NCBI GenBank assembly: GCA_965228975.1
Contig: OZ245851.1
Location: 4,405,953 to 4,469,952 of the forward strand
Direction of reading: 5' to 3'
DNA length: 64,000 nucleotides
Source: Alphaproteobacteria bacterium
GTDB lineage: Bacteria > Pseudomonadota > Alphaproteobacteria > UBA8366
The notes beneath the pieces are model-generated. The model searched no databases. It was not told where the DNA came from and worked only from the letters and a program-made list of their open reading frames with translations. Numbering within the stretch: position 1 is the first letter of the stretch; each line of letters begins with the position of its first letter. Positions 47,784-55,807 of this stretch are shown in pieces. Both the position numbers and the translations under genes were made by a program.

Positions 47784-47822
47784 TAGTGAAAATTCGATTG
47801 CCGGCGACGGTCGAGGGCGGAT

Positions 47823-48833
47823 CTAGGCAGGTTCCGGTTCGGCCATTTCCAATCGTTCCGGGGCCTTGTCCGGGGCGGGAATCTTGACCGGGGTCTCGAA
47901 TCCGATCGGTTTCACCGCCAGAACCGAACAGTCGATCTGGTTGAGGATCGATTCCGCCGTATTGCCGATCAACAGCCCGCTGATGCCGGTGCGAGCGACG
48001 GTGCCCATCACGATCAATTCGACCCGTTTTTTGCGGGCAATCTCCGGGATCACCACGCGGGCATCGCCTTTGATGAGATGCAATTGCCGGCGCCGGTTCT
48101 CGATTTCATAACCGTCGACCACGCCATCGAGCAGCGCCTTCCGGTGCTTTCGCTCCAACCGGAGCATCTTGTCGAGCTCGGCCTCGGGAATCTTAATCCG
48201 AGGATTGGACCGCAACATCTTCTCGCCTTCGAACTGCCAGGCGTTCACGATCTGGAGCTCGCTTTTCTCGATCGCGGATAGCGACGTTGCCAGGTCCATG
48301 ATCAACGTGTTGAGACCGTTGCGTTCGGCGTCTGCGCCGTGGGGGTCCACGGCGGCAAGGATACGAGCGTACTTCTTGCGTTGACTCTGCTTGATGATCC
48401 AAACCGGGCAGGGACATTTCCGCAGCAAATGCAGGTCCAGACTTCCGAAAAACAGGTTGCGCCCTTCCCGGTTGCCCGTCGCATCCTTCATCACCAGATC
48501 GTGGCCGTTCCGAAGCACCTCCTCGATGATCTCAATGAAGGCGACGCCCTGGGCCAAGAGGCACTGTACGGAAACGCCCCGCTTTTCCAGGTCCGCAGCG
48601 ATTTCACGAAGTCGCTTTTCACGCTGCTCGAACACCTGCTGCTCCAGGTCCCAAGACGTCCGCTCGGTCATGCCGCCAAGAAAGCGGGCATAATCGCCGA
48701 TGCCGCGTTGCATGATATCAATCAGGGTCAGCGCGGCGTTGTTCGCCTTGGCAAGCGCACAGGCGCGCTCGACAACCGCTTGCGGTGGCCCTTGTTCGTC
48801 GCAGACCAACAAAATTTTCTTAAAGCGTTTCAT
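47823..48833 (-). CDS. Tandem universal stress protein (two UspA domains, UspE-like)
   Basis: 336 aa. MKRFKKILLVCD..., then a second domain starting KKYARILAAVDP.... The G-x2-G-x9-G-S/T-like ATP motif region is MGTVARTGISGLLIGNTAESIL. Confidence 0.85.
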   Translation of the reverse strand: MKRFKKILLVCDEQGPPQAVVERACALAKANNAALTLIDIMQRGIGDYARFLGGMTERTSWDLEQQVFEQREKRLREIAADLEKRGVSVQCLLAQGVAFIEIIEEVLRNGHDLVMKDATGNREGRNLFFGSLDLHLLRKCPCPVWIIKQSQRKKYARILAAVDPHGADAERNGLNTLIMDLATSLSAIEKSELQIVNAWQFEGEKMLRSNPRIKIPEAELDKMLRLERKHRKALLDGVVDGYEIENRRRQLHLIKGDARVVIPEIARKKRVELIVMGTVARTGISGLLIGNTAESILNQIDCSVLAVKPIGFETPVKIPAPDKAPERLEMAEPEPA

Positions 48834-48965
48834 CCGTCCATCACCAGTCCTGTTTCACTCCCTGACAATCGGGCCAAAAAGGGCCGGCACAACTCGCCGC
48901 CAGGTCCGCTTAGGGAAATTGGGCGACCAACTTTATCGGGCCAATCGAATTTAAAATGTGTCTTG

Positions 48966-48980
48966 ATTGGACTTGTCTAT
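48966..48980. promoter_or_regulatory. LysR/OxyR-type dyad ATTG-N7-CTAT (within TTGATTGGACTTGTCTATGAG), with a weaker ATCG-N7-CGAA dyad at 48935-48949
   Basis: 133-147 bp upstream of the usp start at 48833. The 16-mer GGGCCAATCGAATTTA at 48938-48953 is repeated as GGGCCAATCGATTTTA at 49627-49642. Confidence 0.4.
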
Positions 48981-49623
48981 GAGATCGCCGTGATGCCTTC
49001 CCGCTTTCACGGCGCGTCCCGGCAAGCGTCGGGAGCATCGGTCCCGTGTCATACGAGCGCGCAATCGCTGGCCTCGTTGCTACGCTCGTTGACATCCTCG
49101 CTCCCGGACAACGCGTCGGGCACGCCGCCACCCTCGCCAACCCTTAGCGTCCGAGGCGTCCATTCCTGCCTACCGCCCGCACATTCAGGCGAACCGCCGG
49201 ACACAACGGCCGTCGTCCGGAGGAGACCCGGCCCGTCGCCGGGCATCGTCGCCGACGCGGGCCCGACGGCGACTGCCGTCAGGACGGTGCCGATAAACAG
49301 GGCCTCGAGCGACAACTTTCTACGGCCGGAAAGTAGGGGCCGATCCGCGATATCGCAGGCTGCCAGCCGGTCAATACGCCGATCACACATGAAGGTCCAC
49401 CGTCGTGCCGCGGGTGGTATCGACCGGCACGCGTGTCGCGGTTCGCGTCGTGACCGACCGCGGATTCCGGCGCACACCTTCCGGATTCGGCGGGCGCCGA
49501 TACCATGTCGCGGGACCCATCCAATGGGTCGAAGAACCGATTGGCGCGATGTTGAATGTCGTCATTTCCTGCACCTCCCGCTCATTACGGTTTCGTCCTA
49601 ATCGAAATGGGGTTTGACTTTTG

Positions 49624-49638
49624 ATTGGGCCAATCGAT
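49624..49638. promoter_or_regulatory. LysR/OxyR-type dyad ATTG-N7-CGAT in the divergent region upstream of the LysR gene
   Basis: TTGATTGGGCCAATCGATTTT lies 63-77 bp upstream of the LysR start codon, the typical position for LTTR autoregulation. Confidence 0.45.
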
Positions 49639-49700
49639 TTTATTCGGGAGTTCGATAGAAAACCCCAACCACCAAACTTCGGATTTCAAGAGGACGATAC

Positions 49701-50621
49701 ATGCCGACCGTCAAACAACTGCGTTACCTGGTCGCCATCGCCGATACGCTGCATTTCCGGCGTGCCGCCGAGATGACGCATGTCACGCAACCGACGCTCA
49801 GCGGTCAACTTCGGGAACTGGAGTCCCGCCTCGGCGTCCAACTTGTCGAGCGCAGCCGGGCGCGGGTGGTGCTAACGCCGGTCGGCAAAGAAATCGCGGC
49901 GCTGGCGCGGACGGTCCTGCATGACGTCCAGCGCATCACCGAAATCGCCAAGCACGGGCAGGAACCGCTGGGCGGCACCATCCGGCTTGGCGTCCTGCCG
50001 ACGCTCGGCCCCTATCTCCTCCCGCATATTCTGCCGGAACTGCATGAAAACTACCCCGATCTCAAACTCTATATCCGCGAGGGAATGCCGACCGCCCTGT
50101 TGTATGGTTTGGAGGAAGGGCAGCTCGACCTGCTTTTGTTCGCGCTGCCGGTCCGGGGCGGCGACCTGCAAACCACGCGGCTGTTCCGCGAGCCGCTATG
50201 GATCGCCGCGCCGGCGGATCACCACCTCGCGGAAAAGGACATTGCGGACCGGTCCGACCTCAAGGGCGAAACGGTCCTGTCGCTCGAGCGCGGCCACCGG
50301 CTGCACGAACAGGTAAGCCACCTTTGCCAGCAGTACGGCGCGACGCTGTCCCTGGATTATGAGGGGACGAGCCTCGATACTCTGCGGCAGATGGTTGCGA
50401 TGGGAATGGGTTTGTCCTTCTTCCCGTCGCTATACGTCCATGCCGAGATGAAGGAGGACGGCCAAGTGGTCGCGCGGCAAATGCGGTCTCACCCGCCAAG
50501 CCGGATGGTGGGCATGGTCTGGCGCAAGAACAGCCCGAACCAGACGGATTTCCAAACCTTGGCGAAGTTGATCAGGCGCATACTCAAGGATCGCGTGACC
50601 GGCGTTACCGTAATGACCTGA
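49701..50621 (+). CDS. LysR-family regulator, OxyR-like but with the peroxide-sensing Cys199 position replaced by Arg
   Basis: HTH LHFRRAAEMTHVTQPTLSGQLRELE, and GVLPTLGPYLLPHILP, both align with E. coli OxyR. E. coli LEDGHCLRDQ...GFCFEAG corresponds here to LERGHRLHEQ...HLCQQYG. Confidence 0.8.
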   Translation: MPTVKQLRYLVAIADTLHFRRAAEMTHVTQPTLSGQLRELESRLGVQLVERSRARVVLTPVGKEIAALARTVLHDVQRITEIAKHGQEPLGGTIRLGVLPTLGPYLLPHILPELHENYPDLKLYIREGMPTALLYGLEEGQLDLLLFALPVRGGDLQTTRLFREPLWIAAPADHHLAEKDIADRSDLKGETVLSLERGHRLHEQVSHLCQQYGATLSLDYEGTSLDTLRQMVAMGMGLSFFPSLYVHAEMKEDGQVVARQMRSHPPSRMVGMVWRKNSPNQTDFQTLAKLIRRILKDRVTGVTVMT

Positions 50622-50639
50622 CACCGGCCCGGCGGCGAC

Positions 50640-50858
50640 CTACAGAAGGAACGCCGCGAGCAGGACCAGGATCACGATGATGCCGATTGTCGACCACTTG
50701 GTGAGCGCGACGAAATTCTCCCAGGCTTCGACATGCGGTTCGATTTCCTGTTGCATCGGCCGGCGCGGCGGCGCAGCGAATGCAGCAGCGCCATTCTTTC
50801 CATTGGCCGCGGGGGCGTTTTTCATCGCCGCCGCCGATCCCGTGCTCGGTCCATCCAT
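50640..50858 (-). CDS. Small C-terminally anchored membrane protein resembling aa3-type cytochrome oxidase subunit IV (COX4_pro_2-like)
   Basis: ATG at 50858 preceded by AGGGAGGA. The C-terminal 35 aa, EPHVEAWENFVALTKWSTIGIIVILVLLAAFLL, fit the H..W/F..F...KW-TM pattern as recalled. Confidence 0.45.
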   Translation of the reverse strand: MDGPSTGSAAAMKNAPAANGKNGAAAFAAPPRRPMQQEIEPHVEAWENFVALTKWSTIGIIVILVLLAAFLL

Positions 50859-50959
50859 TCCCTGTCCTCCCTATGGGTCGCTGCGCCGGCGGTAAGCACG
50901 CCGACGTTGTTCCAGGTGGGAAAGGGAACCGGACAGACAAATCGTTTCAAAGGGACGCC

Positions 50960-51006
50960 TTGATAGGAAAAGTCGATCAAATCACCTTATTGATTTTTCC
51001 TATCAA
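50960..51006. promoter_or_regulatory. Perfect 12-bp inverted repeat TTGATAGGAAAA-N23-TTTTCCTATCAA containing two OxyR-type dyads
   Basis: ATAG-N7-CGAT at 50963-50977 and ATTG-N7-CTAT at 50989-51003. Lies 102-148 bp upstream of the start of the small membrane protein gene. Confidence 0.5.
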
Positions 51007-51257
51007 AATTTTGCCATGTTCGAATTGGAACGATCACAGGCGCAACGCCATACTTCGAAGACGCAAGCGGTCGCCCAGACGCGCATCTCGACGAAAAGCT
51101 TAACGGTCAGCTTCCGCGTCAAGGAATTCAGTGCGGGGCGACCAAATCGAATACTGAGTCCGCCTCCGCTTGCCTCGCCGCTATACGCGGAGTCGGAGCG
51201 CCGTCGGCTGAAGCGACGGCGGCGCGGGGCGATCCGACACGCCCTTGCCGCGCGGGG

Positions 51258-51284
51258 GGATAGGGAAGAGTCCCCTCCCTATCC
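51258..51284 (-). terminator. Stem-loop overlapping the stop codon of the second usp gene (candidate terminator)
   Basis: GGATAGGGA-N9-TCCCTATCC, a perfect 9-bp stem. Confidence 0.4.
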
Positions 51285-52232
51285 CTCCAGCGCAACCGGC
51301 GAGACGAAACCGTCGGGCTTGAGTGTCAGCACCGAACAATCCACCTGCCGAAGAACGTCTTCGGCGGTCGTGCCAATGAGGAAGCCGGCGATCCCGGTGC
51401 GTGTCGCCGTTCCCATGACGATGAGATCGACGGCATTCTCGGCCACCAGCTCGGGAATCAGCAGGCTGGGGTTGCCGCGGGGCAAATGGACCTCGAAGTC
51501 CAGGTTTTCCATGTCCACTTCGGCGAGAAGACGGTCGAGTGCCGCCTCGCGCGCCCTTGTGTTTACGGCAATCAGACGGTCGCGAATGGTGTCGTCGATT
51601 TCGGACCGGCTGGTATCGAGGTCGGTCCCGGTATAATCCCACACATTCGCAATATCGAGATGACAATCTTCCATCCTTGCGAGCGAACTCGCCATCTCGA
51701 GAATTTTTATGTCCAACGGATTCAACGGGGCATCGGACGGGCCCGGATCGACAGCGGCGAGAATGCGATGAAACCGCCGCTCCGCCTTCGGCTTCATCAC
51801 CCAGACAGGGCACGGACATTTGCGCATGACGTGCATCGAGTTGCTGCCGAACGTGATGGACCGCAGGCCGCGCAAGCTGTCCGCCGTCATGACCACGAGG
51901 TCGAAACCGTCCCGCAGAACGGCCCGGACAATAGCCAGGAAGACCTTGCCTTGGGCGACCGCGCCATCGACTTCGACGCCCTGCTGCCGTAGCGGATCGA
52001 TCAATCGTTCGATCAGCGCCCGCCGCTCCTCGAAATAGCGCCCCTGCAAATCGCGCTGCTCGGAAGCCGAAGAACCGAATGGCGCGGCCGCAAGGCTCGG
52101 CATCCGCTCGATCACCTCGAGCACGGTCAGGCGCGCGCCGTTGCGTTTCGCCAGGGCGGTCGCCCGATCCAGCGCGGCATCGTCGCCAACGCTCTGGTTG
52201 TACAGCATCAGAATATTCTTAAAGCGTTTCAT
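51279..52232 (-). CDS. Tandem universal stress protein, paralogue of 47823..48833
   Basis: ATG at 52232 (MKRFKNILMLYNQSVG...). Same two-domain layout and conserved blocks (FGSNSMHVMRKCPCPVWV, MGTATRTGIAGFLIGTTAEDVL). Confidence 0.85.
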   Translation of the reverse strand: MKRFKNILMLYNQSVGDDAALDRATALAKRNGARLTVLEVIERMPSLAAAPFGSSASEQRDLQGRYFEERRALIERLIDPLRQQGVEVDGAVAQGKVFLAIVRAVLRDGFDLVVMTADSLRGLRSITFGSNSMHVMRKCPCPVWVMKPKAERRFHRILAAVDPGPSDAPLNPLDIKILEMASSLARMEDCHLDIANVWDYTGTDLDTSRSEIDDTIRDRLIAVNTRAREAALDRLLAEVDMENLDFEVHLPRGNPSLLIPELVAENAVDLIVMGTATRTGIAGFLIGTTAEDVLRQVDCSVLTLKPDGFVSPVALEG

Positions 52233-52340
52233 CTTTCCGTCCCAACGACCCGGCGAAGTACCGATCCGCCTAATGCATCGACATCGCATGTATGTGGTGC
52301 GGCAGAAAGATTTCGACGAATGATTAATACGGCCGTTTTG

Positions 52341-52355
52341 ATAGAATTCTTCTAT
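52341..52355. promoter_or_regulatory. Perfect OxyR-type dyad ATAG-N7-CTAT (within the palindrome TGATAGAATTCTTCTATCA)
   Basis: 109 bp upstream of the usp start at 52232 and about 205 bp upstream of divergent gldA. Confidence 0.5.
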
Positions 52356-52560
52356 CAGGAGGATTGGCTTCGTTCATCCATAAGCCCTTTCCTTCAACGG
52401 CATCGCCGGATGCGCCCCGCCGCCTTGAAAGGCGCCATTACCGGGCAACCTTGACTCACATCAACGATACGCCGGCCGGGCGCGGCAATATGGGCGCCCG
52501 GTTCCGACGGGCTTCGTCGCAATAGGCAGCCCCCCTCAAACCCTGTATGGAGCGAAGACA

Positions 52561-53652
52561 ATGCTAACAACGGCGATCTTTCCCGGAAGATACGTGCAAG
52601 GCGCTCATGCACTTTCGGTATTGGACGAGGAATGCGAGCGGTTGGGTGAACGGCCGCTCGTACTGGAGGACCCGAATGTCCGCGAGGCCCTGGACGCCGA
52701 CCTCGCCAACGCCGGCGGGTCGGTCGCCGAGACTTTCGGCGGCGAGTGTTCCCAGCGCGAGATTGACCGGATCATCGACCGTGCGAAATCGGAAAATTGC
52801 GATGCCGTCGTCGGCGTGGGCGGCGGCAAGACGCTCGACACCGCAAAGGCCGTCGCCTTCGAACTCCAACTGCCGGTCGTGATCGTGCCGACCATCGCGT
52901 CGACGGACGCACCTTGCAGCGCCCTGTCCGTGATCTACACCGATGACGGCGCGTTCGAGCGATATCTCATCCTGCCCCGCAATCCGGACGTGGTGATCGT
53001 CGATACCGCGCTTGTTGCCAAGGCACCGGTCCGCTTCCTCGTCGCCGGAATGGGCGATGCCCTGGCGACGTGGTTCGAGGCCGACTCCTGCCGCATCCGG
53101 CGGGCCGCCAACATGACCGGCCGTCCCGGAACCATGACGGCCTATGCCCTGGCGCGGCTCTGTTACGACACGCTGCTCGAATACGGCACCCTCGCCAAGT
53201 CGGCGGTGGAAACGCAAAGCGTCACCCCGGCGCTCGAACATGTGGTGGAAGCAAACACCCTTCTCTCGGGCCTCGGATTCGAGAGCGGCGGTCTCGCCGC
53301 CTGCCACGCCATCCATAACGGCCTGACCAGCCTAAGCGCCACGCATGCATTCTGGCATGGGGAAAAGGTCGCGATCGGCGTGCTCGCCGCGCTGTTCCTG
53401 ACGGATAAGCCAAAAGACATGATCGACGAGGTTTACGGCTTCTGCGAATCGGTCGGCCTGCCGACGACGCTGGACGACATCGGCCTCGCGAACGTATCCG
53501 ATGCCGACTTGGAACTGGTTGCGAGCACCGCCTGCGCGCCGGGCGAGACCATCCACAACGAACCCGCCGACGTGCAGCCCGAGACCGTCCTTTGGGCGAT
53601 CAAAGCCGCCGATCGCGAAGGGCGGCGGCGCGCGGAGAAAAGCGCGGCATAA
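52561..53652 (+). CDS. gldA: Glycerol dehydrogenase (iron-containing ADH family III)
   Basis: GGGKTLDTAKAVA, VPTIASTDAPCSALSVIY and GMGDALATWFEA motifs. 363 aa. Confidence 0.8.
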   Translation: MLTTAIFPGRYVQGAHALSVLDEECERLGERPLVLEDPNVREALDADLANAGGSVAETFGGECSQREIDRIIDRAKSENCDAVVGVGGGKTLDTAKAVAFELQLPVVIVPTIASTDAPCSALSVIYTDDGAFERYLILPRNPDVVIVDTALVAKAPVRFLVAGMGDALATWFEADSCRIRRAANMTGRPGTMTAYALARLCYDTLLEYGTLAKSAVETQSVTPALEHVVEANTLLSGLGFESGGLAACHAIHNGLTSLSATHAFWHGEKVAIGVLAALFLTDKPKDMIDEVYGFCESVGLPTTLDDIGLANVSDADLELVASTACAPGETIHNEPADVQPETVLWAIKAADREGRRRAEKSAA

Positions 53653-53676
53653 ACCGAGCCGTCGACAATGCGCTCA

Positions 53677-53753
53677 CCCGAGGCAGACGCGGCGGAGTCC
53701 GGCGGCGCCTGCCTCGGGAAATGCCCGAAGGACCGTAGCCGACAGGGCTACGG
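53677..53753. terminator. Two stem-loops between convergent gldA and the FAD oxidoreductase gene
   Basis: CCCGAGGCAG...CTGCCTCGGG at 53677-53718 and CCGTAGCC-GACAG-GGCTACGG at 53733-53753. No U-tracts. Confidence 0.4.
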
Positions 53754-53756
53754 ACA

Positions 53757-55124
53757 TCATAAGACGCCCTTGCTCTGCAGATCGGCGAGGTCGGTCATCA
53801 ACGCGGCATCGTCATACCGGGCAAGGCTGAGATCGGCGGCATAGTCGGGAAGGTCCGCGCCAACGAGCCATTTGGCGCAGAGGCTGCCCGCCGCGCAGGC
53901 GGCCATCGTCCCGAAGCCGGACAGCGCACCGACCACGAAGCTTCCATCGACGCCCAACGGGCCGATGAGCGGCCAATTCTCATCCGTCATCGTGTAATAA
54001 CCGCCGTAATGCGCCATCTGCCGGGGCAAGGCGCCATAGTAGGTCTTAAGACCCGGGATCAAGCGCGACGCACCGCGCAGAACGATTTCCGGGAAGTGGT
54101 CATCGACCGATGGTTCCCACTGGACCGCGGTGGGGTTCCGTTCATATGCCCAGCCCAGTTTGATCCAGCGTCCGTGGTCGCCGCCGTCCGGGCGGCAATG
54201 AATGGCGCCCGGCATCGGTTCCGTGAGCCAGGCGGTCTCGGACTCCTGACCCAGCAACTCTGTCTCCTCGTCGGACCAATCGATCACCTGCGGGTCGAGA
54301 TCGATGGAAAAGGGCATCCGGCGCGGGATAACACCGTCGCGGTCCTCGAAGGCGATCTTCTGTTGAAACACATTCACGACCGGAAGCGTGATGCCAACCA
54401 TCGCCGCGATCTCACCCGCGAACGGACCGGCCGCGTTGACGATCCTCTCGCATCGGACTTGGCGGACCTCGTCATGACCCGCCAGGTCGAGACGGAAGCC
54501 GCCGGAAGGATCGATCGAAACGACGCTGCCGGCGATCACCCGCCCGCCCGATGCGCGGAGTCTTTCCAACATGAACTGCCCAAGCTGCTGCCCGCTGATG
54601 TCGCCCGCCCGCCGGATGTGAATCACCGTCGAAACATCGTCGGCATAGACGGGAAAGGTCCGGCGGATGAGATCCCGGTCGCAAAGGACGTCGACGCCGT
54701 CCGGCGCGGCGTTCCACACCGCGGACGGATCGAAGTCGTAGGCGTCCGGCGCCCCCGCCGCGTGGAGCCGGATCGCCCCCGCCGACGCTGCGCCGTATCC
54801 GCGATGCAGTTCCTCGATCAACACATCCGGATTTACCCGCGTGGCCAGGGCATAGCCGCGGCGGGTCATGTTCAACCGGTTATCGCTGTCCCGCGCCACC
54901 TGTTCCATCAGGTCGATGCTGTCGTCGGTGAACGCGGTCATGACGGGATGCGGCCACCAGTTGCGGTAATTCTCGCCGGATTGCGCCGACGTGAAACTCA
55001 TCGGCGGGTTCGGGTCGATCACGACGATATCGCGGACCTCTTGCGCCTCGGATAGATAATACGCGGTCGCGATTCCCGTGATCCCGGCCCCGACAACGGC
55101 AACCTTACAATCGATGTCGTGCAT
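53757..55124 (-). CDS. FAD-dependent oxidoreductase (DAO family)
   Basis: N-terminal dinucleotide-binding motif VAVVGAGITGIATAYYL. 455 aa. Confidence 0.75.
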   Translation of the reverse strand: MHDIDCKVAVVGAGITGIATAYYLSEAQEVRDIVVIDPNPPMSFTSAQSGENYRNWWPHPVMTAFTDDSIDLMEQVARDSDNRLNMTRRGYALATRVNPDVLIEELHRGYGAASAGAIRLHAAGAPDAYDFDPSAVWNAAPDGVDVLCDRDLIRRTFPVYADDVSTVIHIRRAGDISGQQLGQFMLERLRASGGRVIAGSVVSIDPSGGFRLDLAGHDEVRQVRCERIVNAAGPFAGEIAAMVGITLPVVNVFQQKIAFEDRDGVIPRRMPFSIDLDPQVIDWSDEETELLGQESETAWLTEPMPGAIHCRPDGGDHGRWIKLGWAYERNPTAVQWEPSVDDHFPEIVLRGASRLIPGLKTYYGALPRQMAHYGGYYTMTDENWPLIGPLGVDGSFVVGALSGFGTMAACAAGSLCAKWLVGADLPDYAADLSLARYDDAALMTDLADLQSKGVL

Positions 55125-55165
55125 CGGTTTCCTTCCGGAACGTTCTTGCTGCCCGATTCAATGGG

Positions 55166-55807
55166 TCATGAGCCGGTGCTAGAGCTTGGACACTGCGGCC
55201 GAGCCCACGGCAGGGCCTGCCAACGCTCGGATTCGAAAGATTCGATCTTGGCCCGATACTCAAGCGTGACGTCGATTTCGTCGACCCCTTCCGCCAGGAA
55301 CCGCTTGCGCAACGGATGAATGTCGAAAGCATAGGTCTCCCCGCCGGGCGCGGTCACGATTTGTCTTTCGAGCTCCACGCCGATGCGCGCGCCTGCCGCG
55401 GCCCGGAGTTGCCGGAGCAGTTCGTCGACGGCGGCCGCCGGGAGACGCACAGGCAGCACGACGTGCCGGAAGCAGTTGTTGAAGAAGATGTCGCCGAAAC
55501 TCGGCGCGATGACGCAGCGGATGCCGAAAAAGGAAAGCCCGATGACCGCCGACTCCCGCGACGAACCGCACCCGAAATTCCGGCCAGCAACGAGGACCTC
55601 CGCCGCCCGGTAGGGATTCTGATTCAGCACGAAGCCCGTCTTCTCCGCCCCGTCCGATTCGAACCGTAGGTCATGAAACAGGATTTCGGCGAACTCGGGG
55701 CCGTGCGGCCGCTTGTTGAACCGGGTCGGACATAGTTGATTGGTGTCGACGTTGGCGACGGGCAGCGGCGCGGCGACGCCGGTGAAGGATCGGAAGCGGT
55801 GTCCCAT
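55166..55807 (-). CDS. Aconitase-family dehydratase small subunit (LeuD-like)
   Basis: GRNFGCGSSRE motif. Start directly abuts the stop of the large subunit gene. Confidence 0.8.
   Translation of the reverse strand: MGHRFRSFTGVAAPLPVANVDTNQLCPTRFNKRPHGPEFAEILFHDLRFESDGAEKTGFVLNQNPYRAAEVLVAGRNFGCGSSRESAVIGLSFFGIRCVIAPSFGDIFFNNCFRHVVLPVRLPAAAVDELLRQLRAAAGARIGVELERQIVTAPGGETYAFDIHPLRKRFLAEGVDEIDVTLEYRAKIESFESERWQALPWARPQCPSSSTGS

Noticed and set aside
50960-51006. Reading of the TTGAT...ATCAA half-sites as FNR/FixK (TTGAT-N4-ATCAA) boxes, which often control usp genes.
   Set aside because: The spacings are N11, N9 and N7, never N4. The inner ATWG-N7-CKAT dyad fits LysR/OxyR geometry better, and an OxyR-like gene is adjacent. 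An FNR-type regulator cannot be fully excluded without a genome-wide motif analysis.
51016-51636. Plus-strand 206-aa ORF starting in the usp2-to-small-gene spacer.
   Set aside because: Most of it runs antisense through usp2. The translation is Arg/Ser-rich with no motif, and there is no RBS.
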